Shown here: one piece after another, positions 59,711 to 64,000 of the stretch
Layout: each line of letters opens with the position of its first letter
Numbering within the stretch: the first letter of the stretch is position 1
NCBI GenBank assembly: GCA_902555985.1
Contig: CACDUI010000003.1
Span: 12,432-76,431, forward strand
Source of the DNA: an uncultured Candidatus Actinomarina sp.
GTDB taxonomy: Bacteria > Actinomycetota > Acidimicrobiia > Actinomarinales > Actinomarinaceae
Length of the DNA: 64,000 nucleotides
Direction: 5' to 3'
The notes under the pieces: model-generated
Database searches by the model: none
What the model was told of the DNA's origin: nothing
What the model saw: only the letters and a program-made list of their open reading frames with translations
Position numbers and translations under genes: made by a program

Positions 59711-61372
59711 ATGGCAAAAATATCTGATGACGTAACACAAGGTGTAAACAAATCTGCTGCGCGTGCAATGCTTCGTGCAGTTGGACTAAAGGATGATGAT
59801 TTTAATAAATTTCAAGTTGGCATTGTCTCTGCTGGTAATGAAGTAACACCATGTAATCTCACAGGACCTGAATTATCTGAACATGCAAAGGTAGGAGTTA
59901 ATGGTCCAGATTCTGCAGGATTAATTTTTTCAACTATTGCAGTTTCTGACGGTATTTCTATGGGTCATGAAGGAATGAGAGCTTCACTTGTCTCTAGAGA
60001 AGTTATAGCAGACTCAGTTGAATTAGTTATGCACGCTGAAAGATTCGATGGAATGGTTACAATAGCTGGATGCGATAAGTCGTTACCAGGTATGTTGATG
60101 GCTGCAGGAAGAATTAATAGACCTGCCATATTTCTTTATGGCGGAAGTAGTTTGCCTGGTGTTTACAACGGTAAAGATATATCTATAGTCGATGTTTTTG
60201 AAGGTATTGGCGCGTATGAAAAAGGAATGATATCAAAGGAAGATTTATATGAAATTGAGTGTGCAGCATGTCCTGGAGTAGGCTCCTGTGCAGGAATGTT
60301 TACCGCAAATACTATGGCATCTGTTGGTGAAGCTATAGGTATGAGCTTACCTGGCACTGCGTCAATACCAGCAGAGGATGATAGATTAAGGGTGGCTGCC
60401 AAAGAATCAGGTAAACAATTAAATTATCTATTAAAGAACGATATAAAACCTCGAGATATTATGACTAAAGATGCATTCACCAATGCAATAACAACTGTTC
60501 TTGCATTAGGAGGTAGTTCAAATGCCGTACTTCATCTGTTAGCTATCGCGCATGAGTCAAAAATGGACTTAGGTTTAGAATCTTTTGATCAGCTAAGTCG
60601 CAATGTGCCACATCTTGCAGATATGAAACCATTTGGAAAATTTCATATGGTTGATTTAGATAAAATTGGTGGTGTACCTGTTGTTTCAAAAATACTTTTA
60701 GAAAATAATCTAATAAATCCCGATTGTTTGACTGTTACTGGAATGACTGTTGGAGAAAATTTAGAGAAAGTAGAAATACCGAAAAATCAAGATGTTATCA
60801 GTTTTCCTGACAATCCAATATCTAAAGAGGGAGGTATAGCTGTCTTGAAGGGTAGTTTGTCACCAAAAGGTTCAGTAGTCAAAACTGCTGGAATTGATGT
60901 CAATAATTTTTCAGGACCAGCAAATGTATTTGACAGTGAACAAGATGCACTAGATGCACTTTTTAATGGTGATATAGAAAAGGGTCAGGTAGTTGTAATA
61001 AGAAATGAGGGACCAAAGGGAGGTCCAGGCATGAGAGAAATGCTACAAATAACTGCAGCAATCAAAGGTGCTGGGCTTGGCAAAGATGTTTTGTTAATTA
61101 CAGATGGAAGATTTTCAGGAGGTACAACTGGTTTATGTATAGGCCATGTAGCTCCCGAAAGTTTTGATAAAGGACCTATATCTATATGTAAAGATGGAGA
61201 CATTATTAGTCTTGATATTTCAAACAGAACTATAGATTTAAACATATCTGAACAGGAAATGAATAAACGGCTTGGGTTACTCACTCTTCCAGAACCTCGA
61301 TATAATTCTGGGGTGCTCTTCAAGTATTCTAAATTGGTCAGCGGTTCAGACACCGGAGCAGTTACAAATTAA
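59711..61372 (+). CDS. ilvD: Dihydroxy-acid dehydratase
   Basis: 553 aa with [28 protein letters not shown] and the ILVD_EDD signature. Confidence 0.9.
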   Translation: MAKISDDVTQGVNKSAARAMLRAVGLKDDDFNKFQVGIVSAGNEVTPCNLTGPELSEHAKVGVNGPDSAGLIFSTIAVSDGISMGHEGMRASLVSREVIADSVELVMHAERFDGMVTIAGCDKSLPGMLMAAGRINRPAIFLYGGSSLPGVYNGKDISIVDVFEGIGAYEKGMISKEDLYEIECAACPGVGSCAGMFTANTMASVGEAIGMSLPGTASIPAEDDRLRVAAKESGKQLNYLLKNDIKPRDIMTKDAFTNAITTVLALGGSSNAVLHLLAIAHESKMDLGLESFDQLSRNVPHLADMKPFGKFHMVDLDKIGGVPVVSKILLENNLINPDCLTVTGMTVGENLEKVEIPKNQDVISFPDNPISKEGGIAVLKGSLSPKGSVVKTAGIDVNNFSGPANVFDSEQDALDALFNGDIEKGQVVVIRNEGPKGGPGMREMLQITAAIKGAGLGKDVLLITDGRFSGGTTGLCIGHVAPESFDKGPISICKDGDIISLDISNRTIDLNISEQEMNKRLGLLTLPEPRYNSGVLFKYSKLVSGSDTGAVTN

Positions 61373-61377
61373 ATAAC

Positions 61378-62148
61378 ATGATTTTTATATCGGATGTCCA
61401 CTATCAATTAGATCATCTCAACTCTTTGCCGAAAAACAAAGGTCCAATTGTAATATTAGGTGATTTAATTAACTGGATTGATTACAGAGACGGACAAGGG
61501 ATTGCTATGGATGTATTTGGGAAAGACAATGTGAAAAAATTAGTTAACTTGCGAAAGGAACATAGGTTTGATGAAAGAAAAAGTCTCTGGAAAGAACTTT
61601 ATCAAAATGATCCAGATGAAATATCAAAAAAAATGCAAAATGCTATTTTAAAACAATATGAAGATGTTTTCGGTGTACTTAAGAATTATGAAGTTTGGTT
61701 TATACCTGGCAATGTAGACGATGTAAATATTATGAATTCATATACAAACAATTCAATTAAGAATGTAGATGGTCTAATCGTGGAATACAATAATAAAAAA
61801 ATTGGATTTGCGGGCGGTGGTGTTCCAACACCAATTAATGCTAGAGGTGAAATTGATGAAGATACTTTTTCTGAAACTTTGTCCACATTAAGAGAATCAG
61901 AAATTATTTGTACGCACGCACCACCATTAGTGGATGAATTAGTAACGGATGTTATAACAAATAAAATTGAACAAGGATGGCCAGCTTTAAAAGAATTTAT
62001 TGAAAAGTATCAGCCCCAGTTTTCATTATTTGGTGACGTTCATCAGCCACAAGCTTCAAATTGGGTTATAAAATCAACAAGGTGTATTAATGTAGGTTAT
62101 TTTCGAGCAACTAATCAATATTTAGAATTATCATCAATTTATATATGA
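61378..62148 (+). CDS. Calcineurin-like metallophosphoesterase
   Basis: 256 aa with the metal-ligand motifs DVHYQ, GDLINWID, GNVDD and CTHAPP. Confidence 0.55.
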   Translation: MIFISDVHYQLDHLNSLPKNKGPIVILGDLINWIDYRDGQGIAMDVFGKDNVKKLVNLRKEHRFDERKSLWKELYQNDPDEISKKMQNAILKQYEDVFGVLKNYEVWFIPGNVDDVNIMNSYTNNSIKNVDGLIVEYNNKKIGFAGGGVPTPINARGEIDEDTFSETLSTLRESEIICTHAPPLVDELVTDVITNKIEQGWPALKEFIEKYQPQFSLFGDVHQPQASNWVIKSTRCINVGYFRATNQYLELSSIYI

Positions 62149-63059
62149 ATTGCTTATCTTTTGATGTTGGAGGTACAACTGTAAAATACGGTTTGATAAA
62201 TTCATCTCACAAAGTTTTAAAGAAAGATAAGTTTCCTACACCAGAAAATGAAGAAGAATTAATTTACTTGTTTTCTAAAATTATTAAAGATAATTTATCA
62301 GATATTTCAAAAATTTCAGTGGCGATGCCAGGTTACGTAAGTGTAGCTAACAACAAATATTTGTACGGCCCACATTTACAATATGATATTGATTTTTCAA
62401 AATTAACAAATTTTTCAGAATACGATTTTTATTTAGACAATGATGGCAATGTGGCAGCTTATTGTGAATATATTTTAAATTATAAAAACAAATATTCAAA
62501 TTTAATAATGTTAACTTTTGGTACAGGAGTCGGTGGGGGAATAATATCTGAAGGTAAATTATTAAGAGGAAAAGGAAATGCAGGTGAGATTGGGCATATG
62601 CTTACCTCTAATGATAGAGAAGTCGAAGGTGACAGTGGAAAAAGAGGTAGTTTTGAACAATCGGTCGCTGCATCAGTATGGACAAAGAAATGTATAGAAT
62701 TAACTGAGGAAAATCATGATTCAGAACTTTCCAAAAAATTTGCTATCAAAAATGTTGGATCAGTACTGTTTGATAATGAACTGAGTTTAACTAATTCAGA
62801 AACTGCTGTTAGAGATGAAATAATTCAAAACATCTCAAATGGACTGTTAAGTTTGTTTGAGATATTCGACAATGAAGCTTTTGTTCTTGGGGGAACTATG
62901 TCTTCTGAACCTTTTGATTTAATTAAGCTTATACAAAGTGATATAAAGAATAGATTTAAATTTCCATCTCGAAATTTCCCTGAGATATTTATTGCTTCAC
63001 AAGGAGAAGATTCTGGAATAATTGGCGCAGCAGCTTTAGCTTTTAATGAACAAAATTAA
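62145..63059 (+). CDS. ROK family sugar kinase/regulator-like protein
   Basis: 304 aa. The N-terminal LSFDVGGTTVKYGLI is an ATP-binding motif. GTGVGGGII and GEIGHM are present. Confidence 0.65.
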   Translation: MNCLSFDVGGTTVKYGLINSSHKVLKKDKFPTPENEEELIYLFSKIIKDNLSDISKISVAMPGYVSVANNKYLYGPHLQYDIDFSKLTNFSEYDFYLDNDGNVAAYCEYILNYKNKYSNLIMLTFGTGVGGGIISEGKLLRGKGNAGEIGHMLTSNDREVEGDSGKRGSFEQSVAASVWTKKCIELTEENHDSELSKKFAIKNVGSVLFDNELSLTNSETAVRDEIIQNISNGLLSLFEIFDNEAFVLGGTMSSEPFDLIKLIQSDIKNRFKFPSRNFPEIFIASQGEDSGIIGAAALAFNEQN

Positions 63060-63729
63060 TTCTGTTTTACTGCCTGGGTCATTTTTCACAAATGATTATG
63101 TTGAAAAAGCAAAAAAATTAACTTCACTAGAAATTGATACTATATATTTTTATGATCATACGGTAAATCCTGTTGATAAAAATCTAGAGGTTTATCAATT
63201 AATAGATGGACTTTATAAGCTCTACGATATTGTAAAAAATGATATAAGTTTGGGTGTATGTGTGTTGAATATTAATTCAAGACCCCATCAGAATTTGTTC
63301 CAGGATTATATAAATAAATTACTAGACATAAAAAACTTTAAATTAGGAGTAGGAACTGGTGATGATAAATTTGAAAAAAGAAAGAATTTTTCAAACAATG
63401 TTGAACAAATTATAAATGAAGTAAAATCTTCAAAAAAGTTTGAATCAAACAATACTCAATTATTTATTGGAGGAAATTCAAAAGAAAAACTTAATTTTAT
63501 GAAAAAGTATGATCTAGGAATAAATCAATGGATGGGTACTAAAAAAGCTTTTCAAGAAAAAGAGTCAATATACAATAAAATAAAACATCCTATAGGAAGA
63601 TTGAGTATATGCTTGAATCCTGATAACCCAATTATTTTTAAAAGTGATTTGAGTTATGAAAAAATATTTGTATTAAAAGATTCAAATAATGAGATTTTTT
63701 ATAAAACACTAGATAATATTTTTAAATGA
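63046..63729 (+). CDS. Hypothetical protein
   Basis: 227 aa with no recognisable motif. It overlaps both neighbours by a few nt. Confidence 0.3.
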   Translation: MNKINSVLLPGSFFTNDYVEKAKKLTSLEIDTIYFYDHTVNPVDKNLEVYQLIDGLYKLYDIVKNDISLGVCVLNINSRPHQNLFQDYINKLLDIKNFKLGVGTGDDKFEKRKNFSNNVEQIINEVKSSKKFESNNTQLFIGGNSKEKLNFMKKYDLGINQWMGTKKAFQEKESIYNKIKHPIGRLSICLNPDNPIIFKSDLSYEKIFVLKDSNNEIFYKTLDNIFK

Positions 63730-64000
63730 ATAAGTTCAGCAACGATTTAATAAATAATTTTCCAGAATATTTATTTAATGAAATCAATCAAAAGAAAATT
63801 TCTGCTCGTCATTCCGGAAAAGATATAATTGATTTAGGTTATGGAAATCCAGACCTACCAACTCATGAAAAAGTTGTTGAAAAGCTGATTGAAACAGCGA
63901 AGATTAAAAAAAATCACAAATATTCAGTTTCAAAAGGGATATATGGACTTAGGGAAGCTATATCAAAAAAATATGAAAGTAATTATCAAGTAAGTCTTGA
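63726..64000 (+). CDS. Pyridoxal phosphate-dependent aminotransferase (class I/II), 3' truncated at the window edge
   Basis: The ATG at 63726 overlaps the upstream stop (ATGA). The N-terminal FPEYLFNEINQKK...DLGYGNPDLPTHEKVVEKL...YSVSKGIYGLREAISKKY is typical of AlaA/AspC-like aminotransferases. It is not in the ORF track because it has no stop codon inside the window. Confidence 0.6.
   Translation, partial: MNKFSNDLINNFPEYLFNEINQKKISARHSGKDIIDLGYGNPDLPTHEKVVEKLIETAKIKKNHKYSVSKGIYGLREAISKKYESNYQVSL

Noticed and set aside
1-64000. CRISPR arrays, tandem repeats, rRNA genes
   Set aside because: No spaced direct repeats or long tandem repeats were noticed on reading. The only GC-rich structured segments are the two tRNAs, rnpB and the ilv leader hairpins.

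Overview
This is a low-GC (about 30%), tightly packed bacterial window with very few intergenic gaps. Gene content and local synteny suggest a streamlined marine actinobacterium-like lineage, but that is inference only. The supporting points are an alpha2-type GlyRS next to dnaG and uppS, an LCP family protein, an MmpL transporter, an F420-type LLM oxidoreductase, and a Nif3 / zinc-ribbon / RNase H triad arranged like M. tuberculosis Rv2230c-Rv2228c.

Contents, in order:
- Positions 1-3600 hold core genes: uppS (5' partial), glyQS and dnaG.
- tRNA-Asn and tRNA-Met bracket a small SCP2-domain gene.
- A roughly 29 kb cell-envelope glycan island starts 3 nt after tRNA-Met. It encodes an LCP ligase, a WecA-like and a PglC-like initiating transferase, about six GT-B glycosyltransferases, and three Wzy/O-antigen-ligase-like membrane proteins. 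It also encodes a flippase candidate, UDP-sugar modifying enzymes (Ugd, UDP-xylose synthase, UDP-GlcA 4-epimerase-like, WecB x2, WecC, an FnlABC-like module), an AsnB-like amidotransferase and a heparinase II/III-like protein.
- Next come ppc, an M15 peptidase, the MmpL transporter, nif3 / zinc-ribbon / rnhA, a TauE exporter and the LLM oxidoreductase.
- A 16 kb block on the minus strand follows. It contains rnpB (RNase P RNA, missed by the ORF track), a complete System I cytochrome c maturation cluster (ccmABCEFH, a TPR CcmI-like gene and ccmG) and a DnaQ-exonuclease/GIY-YIG fusion. It continues with trmH-family and nitroreductase genes, leuB, leuA/cimA and ilvCNB, and ends in an apparent leader-peptide attenuator upstream of ilvB.
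- On the plus strand after that: queG, ilvD, a metallophosphoesterase, a ROK kinase, a hypothetical gene and a 3'-truncated aminotransferase.

I saw no CRISPR array, transposase or integrase.
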